Assembly: GCA_963758525.1 (NCBI GenBank)
Contig: CAVWVQ010000003.1
Location: 3,552,001-3,616,000, forward strand
Source: an uncultured Phycisphaerales bacterium
GTDB lineage: Bacteria; Planctomycetota; Phycisphaerae; Tepidisphaerales; Tepidisphaeraceae
Direction of reading: 5' to 3'
DNA: 64,000 bases
Shown in pieces: positions 50,383 to 61,811 of the stretch. The notes beneath the pieces were generated by a model, which saw nothing but the letters and a program-made list of their open reading frames with translations, was not told the DNA's origin and ran no database searches. The stretch's first letter is position 1. Every line of letters starts with the position of its first letter. The translations under genes were made by a program, and so were the position numbers.

Positions 50383-51408
50383 ATGGGTCGGCCGGTCACA
50401 TTATTCACGGGTCAGTGGGCGGATCTCTCGTTTGAGACGGTTTGCGAAAAGGCGAAGAAATTTGGCTATGACGGAATCGAACTGCCGTGTTGGGGCGATC
50501 ATTTCGAGGTCGACAAAGCGCTGAAAGACAAAGGCTACTGCAAGGGACGCTGGGACATTCTGCGTTCACATGGCCTCAAGGCGTTTGCCGTTTCAAATCA
50601 TCTCGTCGGACAGGCGGTGTGCGACAATATTGATGAACGGCATCAACTGATTTTGCCTCCTGATGTCTGGGGCGATGGCGATCCGGAGGGCGTTCGCAAA
50701 CGCGCGGCGCTGAAGATGATTGACACCGGTAAGGCGATCCGCGCGTTCATCGACGCCGCGCCGGAGCCGACCGGATTCCCGGCGGTGATGAATGGGTTCA
50801 CCGGCTCGAGCATCTGGCATTCTATCTACGCGTTTCCGCCGACCGATCAGAAATACTGGCAGAAGGGCTTTGACGATTTTGCCGCGCGATTCACGCCCAT
50901 TCTCAACGAGCTGGACAAGGTCAACGTCAACTTCGGTCTGGAAGTGCATCCGACGGAAATTGCGTTCGACATCAGCTCCGCCCAGCGGGCGATCGACGCG
51001 GTGAAAGGTCACAAGCGCTTCGGGTTTAATTACGACCCCTCGCACCTGGGCTACCAGCACGTCGATTACGTGAAATTCATCCGGACGTTCGGCAAGCGGA
51101 TTTTCCACGTCCACATGAAGGACGCCTGGTGGGGCCATGGCGACGGGACGACGGGCGTATTCGGCGGTCACACGAGCTTTGCCGATCCATCCCGCTATTG
51201 GGATTTCCGCAGCCCCGGTCGCGGCGACGTCAATTTTGAAGACATCATCGTCGCGCTCAACGATGTGGGCTATCAGGGACCGCTATCGGTTGAATGGGAA
51301 GACAGCCGGATGGATCGCGAGCATGGGGCGACCGAGGCTGCCGCACTGGTGCGCCGCCTTGACTTCAAGCCGTCGGCAATTGCGTTTGACGCGCAATTTG
51401 ACCGGTAG
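50383..51408 (+). CDS. Sugar phosphate isomerase/epimerase (TIM barrel, IolE-like)
   Basis: [32 protein letters not shown]. Confidence 0.88.
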   Translation: MGRPVTLFTGQWADLSFETVCEKAKKFGYDGIELPCWGDHFEVDKALKDKGYCKGRWDILRSHGLKAFAVSNHLVGQAVCDNIDERHQLILPPDVWGDGDPEGVRKRAALKMIDTGKAIRAFIDAAPEPTGFPAVMNGFTGSSIWHSIYAFPPTDQKYWQKGFDDFAARFTPILNELDKVNVNFGLEVHPTEIAFDISSAQRAIDAVKGHKRFGFNYDPSHLGYQHVDYVKFIRTFGKRIFHVHMKDAWWGHGDGTTGVFGGHTSFADPSRYWDFRSPGRGDVNFEDIIVALNDVGYQGPLSVEWEDSRMDREHGATEAAALVRRLDFKPSAIAFDAQFDR

Positions 51409-51624
51409 GCGGGAAGCATCCCGCAGATTTGCAATAAGGATTTGCGATCGCGTGACACGGACATCTTGTCCGTGTTAACGGATCGCAATGGAATAATCGC
51501 TCGATGCGGCGATTTTGGCGGCTCCGCGTCGTCAACATGGGCGGGTCAACCATGCCGCGGGGGGCAGATGATCCCCTGCCGTCTGTTTTACACTCCGCGC
51601 AAAAAGAGGACAATTGACCCCCAT

Positions 51625-53661
51625 ATGACGGAAACCAAATCGCAAGCGGGAACGGCACTGGTCGACCTGGATCCGTGGCTCGAGCCGCATCGCGGAAGAC
51701 TGGCCGATCGACACGCGCACTATAAGGCGGCCCTGGGCAAATTTGACGCGACCGGCGGCCTGCTGGGCCAGATCAGCAAAGGGCATCATTATTTCGGCTT
51801 CAACCGTGGCGAGCTATTTGGAAAACAGGGAGTGTGGTACCGCGAATGGGCGCCGGGCGCGCTGCAGCTTCGCGTCGTGGGCGACTTCAATAACTGGGAT
51901 CGCTGGGCGAATCCGCTGGTGCGCGACGAGTTTGGCGTCTGGAGCTTGTTTCTGCCGGATGAGAAATTCGCCGGCAAGCTTGTGCATGGCAGCAAGGTGA
52001 AGGTGCATGTCATCGGCCATGACAGCAGCGGCACGGATCGGATTCCGGTTTATATCCGCCGCGTGTTGCAGGATTCCTCAAACGATTGGGCGGGCGTCTA
52101 CTGGGATCCGCCGGAGCGTTTCATTTTCAAAAACGATATCCCGCGGATGCGCGGCGGTTTGCGAATTTATGAAGCGCACGTCGGGATGGCGCGCGAGGAG
52201 CAGCGGCTGGGCACGTACGCGGAGTTCACTCGCGACGTGCTGCCAAGAATTGCGAAGCTTGGATACAACGCGGTGCAGTTGATGGCGGTGATGGAGCATC
52301 CCTATTACGGCTCGTTCGGATATCACGTCAGCAGCTTCTTCGCTCCCTCCTCCCGATTCGGCACGCCGGAAGATTTAAAATTGCTCGTTGATGCGGCTCA
52401 TGGGATGGGCGTGCGCGTGGTGATGGACATCGTGCACAGCCACGCGGTCAAGAACATCCGCGAGGGGCTCAACATGTTTGACGGGACCGATCATCAGTAT
52501 TTTCACGCCGGTCCGCGCGGGCAGCACCCGGCGTGGGATTCACTGCTTTTCGATTACACGAAATACGAAGTGCAGCGCATGCTGCTGAGCAATATCCGAT
52601 ACTGGCTCGAAGACTACCGCTTCGACGGATTTCGTTTTGACGGCGTTACGAGCATGATCTACCGCGATCATGGCCTGGGGACGGGGTTCGGCAGCTATGA
52701 CGACTATTTCAGCGGCAACGTCGACGAAGACGCGCTGATCTATCTCAAGATGGCCAACGAACTGGCGCACACGATTCGCCCGGACGCGATCACCATCTCC
52801 GAAGACGTCTCGGGAATGGTCGGCATGGCCCGGCCCGTCGCCGAAGGGGGGCTGGGCTTCGATTATCGTCTGGCGATGGGCGTGCCGGATAACTGGATCA
52901 AACTGCTCAAAGAGAGACGCGATGAGGACTGGAATCTGGGCCAGCTCTATTCAACGCTGTTGAACCGCCGGCATGCGGAGAAGCATATCGGCTACGCCGA
53001 GAGTCACGACCAGGCGCTGGTCGGCGATAAGACGATCGCCTTCTGGCTGATGGACAAGGAAATGTACTGGCACATGAACAAAGCCAGCCACAGTCTGGTC
53101 ATCGATCGCGGCCTGTCACTTCACAAGATGATCCGTCTCATCACCTTCAGCCTTGCCGGCGAAGGCTATCTCAACTTCATGGGCAATGAGTTCGGCCACC
53201 CCGAATGGGTCGATTTCCCGCGCGAGGGGAACAATTGGTCGCTTTATTACGCCCGCCGGCAGTGGTCTCTCTCAGATCATCCTGACCTGCATTACCAGGG
53301 ACTCAACCAGTTTGACCACGCGATGCTTGCGCTGGACGAGCCTTATGGCTTGCTCAACTCGACGCTTATCGAGCAGTTGATGGTGCATGAAGACATGAAG
53401 GTGTTGGTCTACCGGCGTGGGCCGTTGGTTTTCGCGATGAACTTCCACCCGACCGAGTCATACCCCGATCTGCGGATCGGCGTCCCCGATCCGGCGAATT
53501 ACGCGCTGGTGCTCAATTCCGATGACGCGAAGTTCAGCGGTTTTGGGCGGGTCGCCGAGGGGATGGTGTATCCCCGGGAGACGGTGCCGATGCACGGGCG
53601 CGAGCAGAGCGTGCGGCTGTATCTGCCGAGCCGCAGCGCGCAGGTGTTGGCGCCGAAGTAA
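51625..53661 (+). CDS. glgB: 1,4-alpha-glucan branching enzyme (GH13_8-like)
   Basis: YREWAP, IYEAHVG, EHPYYGSFGYHV, FDGFRFDGVTSM, ESHDQALVGDKT, FMGNEFGHPEW. Confidence 0.93.
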   Translation: MTETKSQAGTALVDLDPWLEPHRGRLADRHAHYKAALGKFDATGGLLGQISKGHHYFGFNRGELFGKQGVWYREWAPGALQLRVVGDFNNWDRWANPLVRDEFGVWSLFLPDEKFAGKLVHGSKVKVHVIGHDSSGTDRIPVYIRRVLQDSSNDWAGVYWDPPERFIFKNDIPRMRGGLRIYEAHVGMAREEQRLGTYAEFTRDVLPRIAKLGYNAVQLMAVMEHPYYGSFGYHVSSFFAPSSRFGTPEDLKLLVDAAHGMGVRVVMDIVHSHAVKNIREGLNMFDGTDHQYFHAGPRGQHPAWDSLLFDYTKYEVQRMLLSNIRYWLEDYRFDGFRFDGVTSMIYRDHGLGTGFGSYDDYFSGNVDEDALIYLKMANELAHTIRPDAITISEDVSGMVGMARPVAEGGLGFDYRLAMGVPDNWIKLLKERRDEDWNLGQLYSTLLNRRHAEKHIGYAESHDQALVGDKTIAFWLMDKEMYWHMNKASHSLVIDRGLSLHKMIRLITFSLAGEGYLNFMGNEFGHPEWVDFPREGNNWSLYYARRQWSLSDHPDLHYQGLNQFDHAMLALDEPYGLLNSTLIEQLMVHEDMKVLVYRRGPLVFAMNFHPTESYPDLRIGVPDPANYALVLNSDDAKFSGFGRVAEGMVYPRETVPMHGREQSVRLYLPSRSAQVLAPK

Positions 53662-53862
53662 TTCTCAGTTTAGCCGCCGGGCTTGCCCGGCGTGTCGCGC
53701 CAGCGAACTCGGTTGATCGCGGGCACGATTTGCGAAAGACAAAATGTAGCGGAGTTTTCTTTGAGTATCACGGGTTTCCAACCCGTGTGGAGAGCATATT
53801 CTCGATAATGCGCCCATTCCTTCTTCGATGCCATGAGCACGGGTTGGAAACCCGTGGTACGG

Positions 53863-54842
53863 TTAGATAATGCGATCTGCCAGCGGCTCGCCGCGCTCGA
53901 ATCTCCGCAGATTATCGAGAAAATGGCGCACGAGCCGGTCGAATTCGTCGGCGTGGCCGCCGGCGGTGTGAGGCGTGATGAAGCAATTGGGCGCGGACCA
54001 GAGCGGATGGTTGATTGGCAGCGGCTCGGGATCAGTCACATCCAGATACGCGCCGGCGAGATGATTCTGCGCGAGTGACGCAACCAGCGCCTCCTGGTCG
54101 ACCGTTGCGCCCCGGCCGATGTTGTAAAAGTAAGCCGAGGTTTTCATCTTGCTGATGCGTTCCGCGTTCACGAAGTTGCGCGTGGCGGGGCTGTCGGGCA
54201 GTATGTTGATGACATGATCGCAGTCTGCCAGGACGTCGTCGAGCTGGCTCTCCTGGATGATCGGGATCGGTTCGCTGCCGGTGCGGGAGCGGCGCATTGC
54301 GATGAGTTTCATTTCGAAAGGGCGGAGCAATTGCTCAATGCGTCGGCCGATGGCGCCGAAGCCAAGCAGGAGGGCAGTCTGCCCGCGCAGCAAACGGGTG
54401 CGCTCGCGGTGGCTGGCGGTATGCCATCCGCGGTCGCCCTGTTGTTCCAAGACACATTGCGGCAGTTGGCGCGCCTGGCTGAGAAGCATCGCGACCAGAT
54501 GCTCGGCGCACGGCTCAGCGTAGACCGTCGAGCTGTTCGTCAACGCGGCGCCCGGCTTCTCAGTGCGGCGCGCACGTCGTCGCGGTCGTAACGGGTGTAG
54601 CCGGCGGTGGTCAGTTGAATCCATTGCAATCGGGTGACCCGGCAAATCTGCTCAGCATCGGGCTGGCCAAAGGCGATGTCCGCCGACTCGAGCGCGGGGT
54701 CGCTGCCGCCGGCGGAGAGAATCGACTTTTGAACCGCCTCGGGAAAAATCAGGCGATGCGACCCGATTCCGCTGCGCAACAATTGATGAGCGGATTGCGG
54801 GAAGGCGGCGTTGCAAAAAATGGTCAGGTTTTGATCGGGCAT
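53863..54842 (-). CDS. D-2-hydroxyacid dehydrogenase; frameshift near 54560
   Basis: WIQLTTAGY in frame 1; LGFGAIG, NIGRG, AYLDV, TPHTAG in frame 2. Confidence 0.88.
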
Positions 54843-55160
54843 TCCGGTAGATTACCGCCGGATCGCGGAAGGGGAGGGGGACGGGGAGGGGGGATCTCAA
54901 ATCTCAAATATCAGATCTCAGATCTCAGATATCTCAAATCTGAAATATCTCAAATCTCAGATTATTTCAGGTCCGCGTGTTTTTTCCGAACCCGTCCTAC
55001 GGCGCTTGCGTTTAGAGTGACGGAGTTTATGATCGGCCCGGTTGATCGGATAACCGGCGGAAGTCCGAACGGGTTGATCGGATTCACGGTTCACCGCGGG
55101 TGGCGAAGGAACGCCTCCGGGTAGCGCGAAGAATGGTTGTCGCGCTGAGTTTAGAAAGGC

Positions 55161-57566
55161 ATGGATGCCATGGCGTCAAGCGGCGCTGCCAATCGCTTCG
55201 GGGTCAATCGTCTGGGGCGACTCTGGCAATTTCCCCTCCTTCTCGCGGCTCTGGGCCTGTTCGGTTACGCGGCATATCTGTTTGTCGACCCCAAGCCCGG
55301 TCTCACGGTTCGCCAGCGAATCAATCTTGCCGAAGACCTCACCAAGCACGATCGGCCCGAAGCGGCCATCGAGGAGCTGAACAATCTCCTGAACACGCAA
55401 AAGCTCGTCGTGGATGATGAAGGCCGCGTCCACTTGCTGATGGCCGAGGCGCTGGACGCCGGGCAGAGACTGAATCACATCGAGTCAAAATACAACTACG
55501 AGCAGATGGTCGACCAGACGCGGATCGCACTGGCGGAGGGAGCGCGGGCGGGGGGCGACGCGTATCGCCGTTTGGGCCAGGCTTATGAATATCTCGGTCG
55601 GCCGCTGGAGGCGCTGGAAAACTACCGCCGGTCGATGGCGCTGGATGCCACGCGGGATCTGTCGCTGCAGCGGAAGGTGATCAACCTGCAACTGGCGCAG
55701 ACGGACACCGGTCCGGCCGAGGCATCGATCGATGAATATTTGAAGGATGCCCGGCTGTCGAACACCGAGCGCGGCTGGGCTATGGAGCAGAAGGCGGAAC
55801 TGGAAGCCAAACGCGGCGAGGTCGTCGAGGCGCAGGCGATGCTCAATTCGGTGCTGCATCTGACGCCGGACATCGTCGCGCAGGGCGAAGCACACTATCA
55901 CCTCGGATACATCGCATATAAATCGGGCGACTCGCCTGAAGCGGAGCGATTGCTGCGCGTGGCGCGCGATCAATTAAAGGTGGGTAATCCGCTGGATGCC
56001 GAGGCGGCGTGGCTGCTGGGAAAAATCCGCGAGAACGCGAATCAGCCGCGGGAGGCCATCAGCTTCTATCAGTCGGTGCTGGAGAGCCATCCAGAGTCTC
56101 ATGCGGCGCCGCTGGCGCTGCTGGGGCGGGGCGCCTGCCGGATCGCGCTAGGGGAGGATGCTCCCGGCCTCTCCGATCTGCATGACGTGACAGATCGGAT
56201 TATTGGCAAACCTGCCGAAGACTATCGCGCGGCAGCGCTCACGGGTCTGCGCACTGCGTCCGCGGCGCTCTCAGGCAAAGGGGATTTCCAGGGCGCGCTG
56301 GAACTGCTCTCCTATGAACAGCAACTCATGCCCGAGCCGCCGCCGGAATTCTTCGCCCGGCTCGCCAGCGTATATGAGCGGCGCGCCGATCAGATGGACG
56401 CATCCAAGGACGACCCGGCCACCGAAGCAGATGGAATCCGTCGCTCGCAGAGCATTGCCGACCTTCGCACGCATGCGGGCGACGCTTACATCGCCTATTC
56501 ACGCGCGTTGACGCTCGCGGATGATCGGGCGCATGCCGAGGCCATGTGGAAAGGCGTCGATCTGTACGACGCGGCGGGGAACACGCAGCGGGCGATCTCC
56601 GCATTGCAACTGTTCGTTGCCGAACGGCCCGACGACGGCCAGACGCCCGAGGCGCTGCTGCGGCTTGGCCGAACGTATCAGTCGGCTGGGCAGTTCGACA
56701 AGGCAATCGACGCGTTTCAACATAATCAGTTTCGCTATCCGCAGAGCCTGGCCGCATCGCAATCCGGCGTTCCGTTGGCGCAGGCATACATCGCCAAAGG
56801 GGCTGACGAATATCCCAAGGCGGAAAAAGTACTGCTGGGCGTGATCGACAGTCCGCTCATCCGGCCTGACGCGAAGGAATTTCGTCAGGCGCTGTTCGAA
56901 CTGTCGCAACTCTTCTATCACACCGGCCGTTATGAAGAAGCCGTAGCTCGTCTGGAAGAGATGACCGAGCGATATCCCAACGACGAGCACATGGGGCAAC
57001 TGCTGTTCCTGATGGGTGACAGCTACCGCAAGAGCGCGTCGCTGCTGGTGAAGCTGGCGTCGAACAATCCCGCGGATGGCGCGGCCAGCGTTGCGGCTGA
57101 TCTTGCCGAAGCCGCTGCCGCCAAGAAAGACCGGCTCAACAAAGCCAAAAACCTGTTCGACCGCGTCGTGGAGGTTTACCGGCAGTCGCCGCCGCAGGCG
57201 GATCTCGACAAGCTGTATCTGAAGCTCGGCCACTTCTATCGAGCCGATTGCCTGTTCGATCTGGGGCAATACGAAGAGGCCATCAAGCTCTACGACGCCG
57301 CGACGCTGCGCTACCAGGACGATCCGGCAGCATTGGCGGCGTACGTGCAGATCGTCAACGCGTACTGCGCGCTTGGCAAAACGGAAGAGGCGCGCACCGC
57401 CAACGAGCGCGCGAAATGGCTGCTGCGCCGCATGCCTCCCGAGGCGTTCAGTGACGGGTCGTTTTCAATGCCGAAGGAATATTGGGAGCAATGGCTGAAG
57501 TGGACGAGCGACTCGGGGATCTGGCCCAAGCCGGGGCCGCCGGTGGCATCGCTGGGAATGAAATAG
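55161..57566 (+). CDS. Membrane-anchored TPR protein, first gene of the flagellar region
   Basis: N-terminal TM helix, many TPR-like helical repeats. Confidence 0.8.
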   Translation: MDAMASSGAANRFGVNRLGRLWQFPLLLAALGLFGYAAYLFVDPKPGLTVRQRINLAEDLTKHDRPEAAIEELNNLLNTQKLVVDDEGRVHLLMAEALDAGQRLNHIESKYNYEQMVDQTRIALAEGARAGGDAYRRLGQAYEYLGRPLEALENYRRSMALDATRDLSLQRKVINLQLAQTDTGPAEASIDEYLKDARLSNTERGWAMEQKAELEAKRGEVVEAQAMLNSVLHLTPDIVAQGEAHYHLGYIAYKSGDSPEAERLLRVARDQLKVGNPLDAEAAWLLGKIRENANQPREAISFYQSVLESHPESHAAPLALLGRGACRIALGEDAPGLSDLHDVTDRIIGKPAEDYRAAALTGLRTASAALSGKGDFQGALELLSYEQQLMPEPPPEFFARLASVYERRADQMDASKDDPATEADGIRRSQSIADLRTHAGDAYIAYSRALTLADDRAHAEAMWKGVDLYDAAGNTQRAISALQLFVAERPDDGQTPEALLRLGRTYQSAGQFDKAIDAFQHNQFRYPQSLAASQSGVPLAQAYIAKGADEYPKAEKVLLGVIDSPLIRPDAKEFRQALFELSQLFYHTGRYEEAVARLEEMTERYPNDEHMGQLLFLMGDSYRKSASLLVKLASNNPADGAASVAADLAEAAAAKKDRLNKAKNLFDRVVEVYRQSPPQADLDKLYLKLGHFYRADCLFDLGQYEEAIKLYDAATLRYQDDPAALAAYVQIVNAYCALGKTEEARTANERAKWLLRRMPPEAFSDGSFSMPKEYWEQWLKWTSDSGIWPKPGPPVASLGMK

Positions 57567-57574
57567 GGAATTGC

Positions 57575-58018
57575 ATGAGCGACCAACCGGTTATTGCAGC
57601 GCTGATCGAGCAGGTTGAGTGCTACCGCCAGCTTGCCCGCCTTGCGGGCCAGCAGCACCTGCACGTGCAGCAGGGTCAGACCGAGCAGTTGCTGGATGTG
57701 CTGCGACGCCGTCAGGAAGTGCTCGACCTTGCCGCGACGCATGAGTCGGTGATCGTCCCGGCCAAACGGCGCTGGCAGGAATTTACAACGGGGCTCAGCG
57801 CCGATCTCCGCGCCAAGGCTGAAGCGCTGCTCGGCGAGACACGCCGGCTGCTCGAACAGATTACCGCCGCCGATCGCAACGACGCATTGGTGCTGCAGCA
57901 GCGAAAATTGAATCTGGGCAGGCAGATCAATATGGCCGCCACCGCCCGGCAGGTGAATCGCAAATACTCCGCCGCCGCGTATGGGACGCGCCGGCCGAAC
58001 ATGGACATTCAACGTTGA
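57575..58018 (+). CDS. FlgN-like flagellar export chaperone
   Basis: All-helical ~147 aa with L..Q...Y..L..L...Q pattern and C-terminal AY; flagellar context. Confidence 0.55.
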   Translation: MSDQPVIAALIEQVECYRQLARLAGQQHLHVQQGQTEQLLDVLRRRQEVLDLAATHESVIVPAKRRWQEFTTGLSADLRAKAEALLGETRRLLEQITAADRNDALVLQQRKLNLGRQINMAATARQVNRKYSAAAYGTRRPNMDIQR

Positions 58019-58029
58019 TTCGAAGCTCG

Positions 58030-58871
58030 ATGGGCGCACTGACCGAAACATCTTCTTTCAACGCCGCACAGCGGATGGAGGAGCTGGGCCGGATCATCCT
58101 CGCCTACAGCGACGTGACGGAGAAGCTGCAGCGGTCGCAGGAGCAGCTCACGCGGACCGTGCAGTCGCTCCGCGCCGAGCTCAGCGAAAAGAACCGGCAG
58201 TTGGAGCGGCGGAACCGTCTGGCGGCGCTGGGCGAAATGGCTGCCGGGCTTGCACATGAAATTCGCAATCCGCTGGGCGCGATTCAGCTCTACGCGTCGG
58301 TGCTGACCCGGGACCTGCAAGGCAAAGACGAGTCGCTGGCGACGGTTCGGAAAATTTCCGGCGGCGTCAGACGGCTCGAGGCGCTGGTCACGCAGGTCCT
58401 GCAATTCACGCGCGAGATTCGAACGACTGTCGCCCGCTGCGATCTTGCCGCGGTCGTCGAGCAGGCCGTTGATTTTGCGCAGGGCGTGTTTCACGATCGC
58501 GGCGTGCAATGCAGCGTCGAAGGCCCGCAGCCCATGCCTGTGGAGATCGATCCGCTGCTCATTGGACAGGCGCTGTTGAATCTCCTGCGCAACGCCGCCG
58601 AGGCGTCAAGCACGGGGGCGTGGTGCAACTGCGGTTTGCTCCGCCGCCAGCGGATTCGGAAGCCCGGCAGTTTCATCTGATCGTGCGCGACGCGGGGGCG
58701 GGAATCGCAACGGACGCGCTGGATCGCATTTTTAATCCGTTCTTCACGACGAAGGACGATGGAACCGGCTTGGGGCTGGCGATTGTTCACCGCGTGGTTG
58801 AAGCGCACGACGGCACCATCATCGTTACAAATCCGCCCGATGGCGGCGCAAAATTTGAGATCAGGATATGA
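58030..58871 (+). CDS. Cytoplasmic sensor histidine kinase; frameshift near 58620
   Basis: LAHEIRNPL, NLLRNA; then DAGAGI, FNPFFTTK, GTGLGL. Confidence 0.9.
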
Positions 58872-59072
58872 AGCAAAACGAACCAGTTGCGGCGGCGATC
58901 TTGCGAGGCGGACCTGACGTGCGCGCGTGGGACGAACGCCCGGCTCGCGCCAGCTCCGTCGGGAGTTATTTGCAGCAGTTCGTACAGGTTCGCTCCTGTC
59001 TGCATCAGGCGGGAGCGCATTCCGACGGGACGTCATATCGGGCGCTGGGGGTCTTGAAGCAAGGGAGTGCAC

Positions 59073-60445
59073 ATGGCACGGATTCTGATTGTCGATGACC
59101 AGGAAATGATGAGAGATTCGCTTGCCGCCACGCTGGCGCACGATGGTCACGAGGTCGTCGCCGCCGGGGACGGACCGGCGGCTGTCGCGCGGCTGAGCTC
59201 GGCGCGCGGATCGATCTGCTCATCTCCGATCTCAAAATGCCGAAGATGACGGGGATCGAGCTGCTCGCCGAGGCCCGGCGGATTCGCCCCGACATGCCGG
59301 TCGTGCTGATGACGGCATTTGCGACGGTGGCGACTGCCGTCGAGGCCATGAAGCTCGGCGCCTACGACTATATTCAAAAGCCTTTTGACGGCGACGAGAT
59401 CAAGCTGCTCGTCGACCGGACTCTGGAACATACCCGCCTGGTGCGTGAAAATCAGGCGCTGCGGGCGATGGCGGAGTTGTCCGCCCCCAGGCCGTTGATC
59501 GGGTCTGGCGAAGTGATGGCGGAAGTGCGCAAGAAAATAGAGTTGGTCGCCCGCAGCGCCGCAACCGTTCTGATTCGCGGGGAGAGCGGCACTGGCAAGG
59601 AAGTCGTCGCCCGCGCGATTCATCAGGCGTCGCCGCGCAACGAGCGCCCGATGCTTGCCGTCAACTGCGCGGCGCTCTCGGAGTCGCTGCTGGAGTCGGA
59701 GCTGTTCGGCCATGAGAAAGGGGCCTTCACCGGCGCCGACAAGATCCGCCGGGGCCGATTTGAGCTGGCCGATGGCGGCTCGCTGCTGCTGGACGAAATC
59801 AGCGAGATTGCTCCGGCGTTGCAGGCGAAGCTGCTTCGGGTTTTGCAGGAGAGCCAGTTCGAGCGAGTGGGCAGCAGCATCAGCCAGCAGGTCGATGTTC
59901 GCGTGATTGCGACGAGCAATCGCGATCTCGAAACGGAAGTCGAAGCCGGACGTTTTCGCCAGGACCTCTTCTACCGTCTGAATGTGGTGCCGATCGATCT
60001 GCCGCCGCTTCGGCAGCGGAGCGAGGACATTCCCGAGCTCTGCCGGCATTTTCTCCATCAGATCGCGAAGCGGGAAAACTCGCCGTTCCGGCACGTCGAG
60101 AACGAAGCGATCCGCGCGATGCAGCGGTACAACTGGCCGGGTAACGTGCGCGAATTGCAGAATATTGTCGAGCGTGCCGCCGTCCTGGAAACCGAGCCAG
60201 GCGTCGTGCGGGCGGTGACGATCGAACCCTGGCTGCGCCAGCGGGGCGCGAACACGACCGCCGTCGACGACCTGGCGGGCAAGCCGCTGGCGGACATCGA
60301 AAAGCAGATCATTCTCAGCACATTGAATCAGTTCAAGGGCCATCGCGTGAAGACCGCGGGGGCACTTGGAATTGGCGTGAGAACGCTGGGAATGAAGCTC
60401 AAGCGATGGAAAGAAGAAGACGCGCCCGTTGGCGCGGCATACTGA
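59073..60445 (+). CDS. Sigma54-dependent response regulator (NtrC/FleR-like); frameshift near 59205
   Basis: ILIVDD, DLKMP, GESGTGKE, GAFTGA, LLDEI, WPGNVREL, HTH. Confidence 0.92.
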
Positions 60446-60557
60446 TCGAGGCGTGTGGTTCGCGCAGCTTGTGCGCGTGACGCGCAGCAGTTGCGGCTTC
60501 GGCCCGGCACGGCCCCATAATTGGGCAGCTTTCCAGCGGCGCAAGCGAGCGGGCGCG

Positions 60558-60572
60558 TGGCACGGGGTTTGA
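60558..60572 (+). promoter_or_regulatory. Putative sigma54 promoter upstream of flgB
   Basis: TGGCAC-N5-TTGA (consensus TTGC). Confidence 0.5.
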
Positions 60573-60599
60573 TTTGGATGGTCTGATCTGGAGTCTGCG

Positions 60600-61001
60600 A
60601 TGTTCGTCGAACGGATGCTCAATCAGGGAAGCACGCCGCTGCTGGAGCAGATGGTGCGTTTCACCGCGGCCCGTCACGAGTTGATTGCCTCGGATGTGGT
60701 GAACATCAGCACCCCGGGCTACAAGCAGAAGGATCTGGACCTTGGGGCGTTTCAGCACATGCTCGCGGAGCACGCCGGGCAGCGGGACGCCAACGGGCCG
60801 GAAAACGTCGACTTCTCTGATATCGACGAAGAGATCGAGGAGCCGCACCGAGGGTTGCTGTTTCATGACGGGGCCAATCGGTCGATGGAGCAGCTCATGA
60901 GCGACCAGGCCAAAAACGCGCTGATGCACAACGTTGCGATCGAACTGCTCCGCCAGCAGTTTCAGACGCTGGAATTGGCGTTGAAAGAACGCGTTTCTTA
61001 A
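60600..61001 (+). CDS. flgB: Flagellar basal-body rod protein FlgB
   Basis: RHELIASDVVNISTPGYKQKDL; DGANRSMEQLM; synteny. Confidence 0.88.
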   Translation: MFVERMLNQGSTPLLEQMVRFTAARHELIASDVVNISTPGYKQKDLDLGAFQHMLAEHAGQRDANGPENVDFSDIDEEIEEPHRGLLFHDGANRSMEQLMSDQAKNALMHNVAIELLRQQFQTLELALKERVS

Positions 61002-61032
61002 AGGTGAGATTTAAAAGGTCAGGACGGGACAC

Positions 61033-61436
61033 ATGTTTGATGCACTCGATATCGGCGCCAGCGGGCTGACGGCCCAGCGCACGCGCATGGACACGATCGC
61101 CAATAATATTCTCAACGCGAAGACCACGCGCAACGCCGCGGGCGGCAAGGAAACATATCGGCGGAAGTTCGTGGTCTTTGCGCCGGGCAGGCGAACGATC
61201 CGTCGAAGCCGGGCGTACATGTTCAGGAGATCGATGCCGATCAGTCTCCGCTCCGCAAGGAATTTGATCCGGGTCACCCTGACGCCGACGAGAAAGGATA
61301 CGTTTCGTATCCGAACGTGGACACGGCCGTGGAATATGTGAACGCCATGGAAGCATCGCGTGCCTATGAGGCGAACGTCACCATGATGGATGTCACCAAG
61401 GCGATGATCAATGCGAGTCTGCGGCTGATTGCATAG
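61033..61436 (+). CDS. flgC: Flagellar basal-body rod protein FlgC; frameshift near 61190
   Basis: SGLTAQRTRMDTIANNI; then DPGHPDAD..GYVSYPNV, ASRAYEANV. Confidence 0.92.
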
Positions 61437-61445
61437 TGGAAGCTC

Positions 61446-61754
61446 ATGATCGATCCGACGAGCAGTCTGTCCGTCACCCGCGCGTCGATGCCGACTGCGC
61501 CCAGCAGCCCCGCCGGCGCCGGTGCAACTGCTGGGACGAGCTTCGCCGACACGCTCAAAAGCAGTATCGATGAGGTATCGCGGCTGCAGCAGGATGCGAG
61601 CAGTGCCGTGGAAAACCTCGCCGAAGGAAAGACCGACAACATGAGCGGTGTGATGACCGCCGTGGAGAAATCAGATCTCGCGTTCAAGACGCTGCTGGCG
61701 ATTCGCGCCAAGCTGATGGACGCCTACGACGAAATAAAGGGAATCTCCGTGTAA
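61446..61754 (+). CDS. fliE: Flagellar hook-basal body protein FliE
   Basis: SFADTLK, VMTAVEKSDLAF...IRAKLMDAYDEI. Confidence 0.92.
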   Translation: MIDPTSSLSVTRASMPTAPSSPAGAGATAGTSFADTLKSSIDEVSRLQQDASSAVENLAEGKTDNMSGVMTAVEKSDLAFKTLLAIRAKLMDAYDEIKGISV

Positions 61755-61811
61755 CAACATCAACGCGGGCGGAGCCCGCGCGGCGTTCCATCAGCCAAGG
61801 AGGGCTGATCC

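Noticed and set aside
58868..59098. 76-aa ORF between kinase and regulator
   Set aside because: Has an ATGA overlap but no recognisable motif and overlaps the regulator start; unsupported
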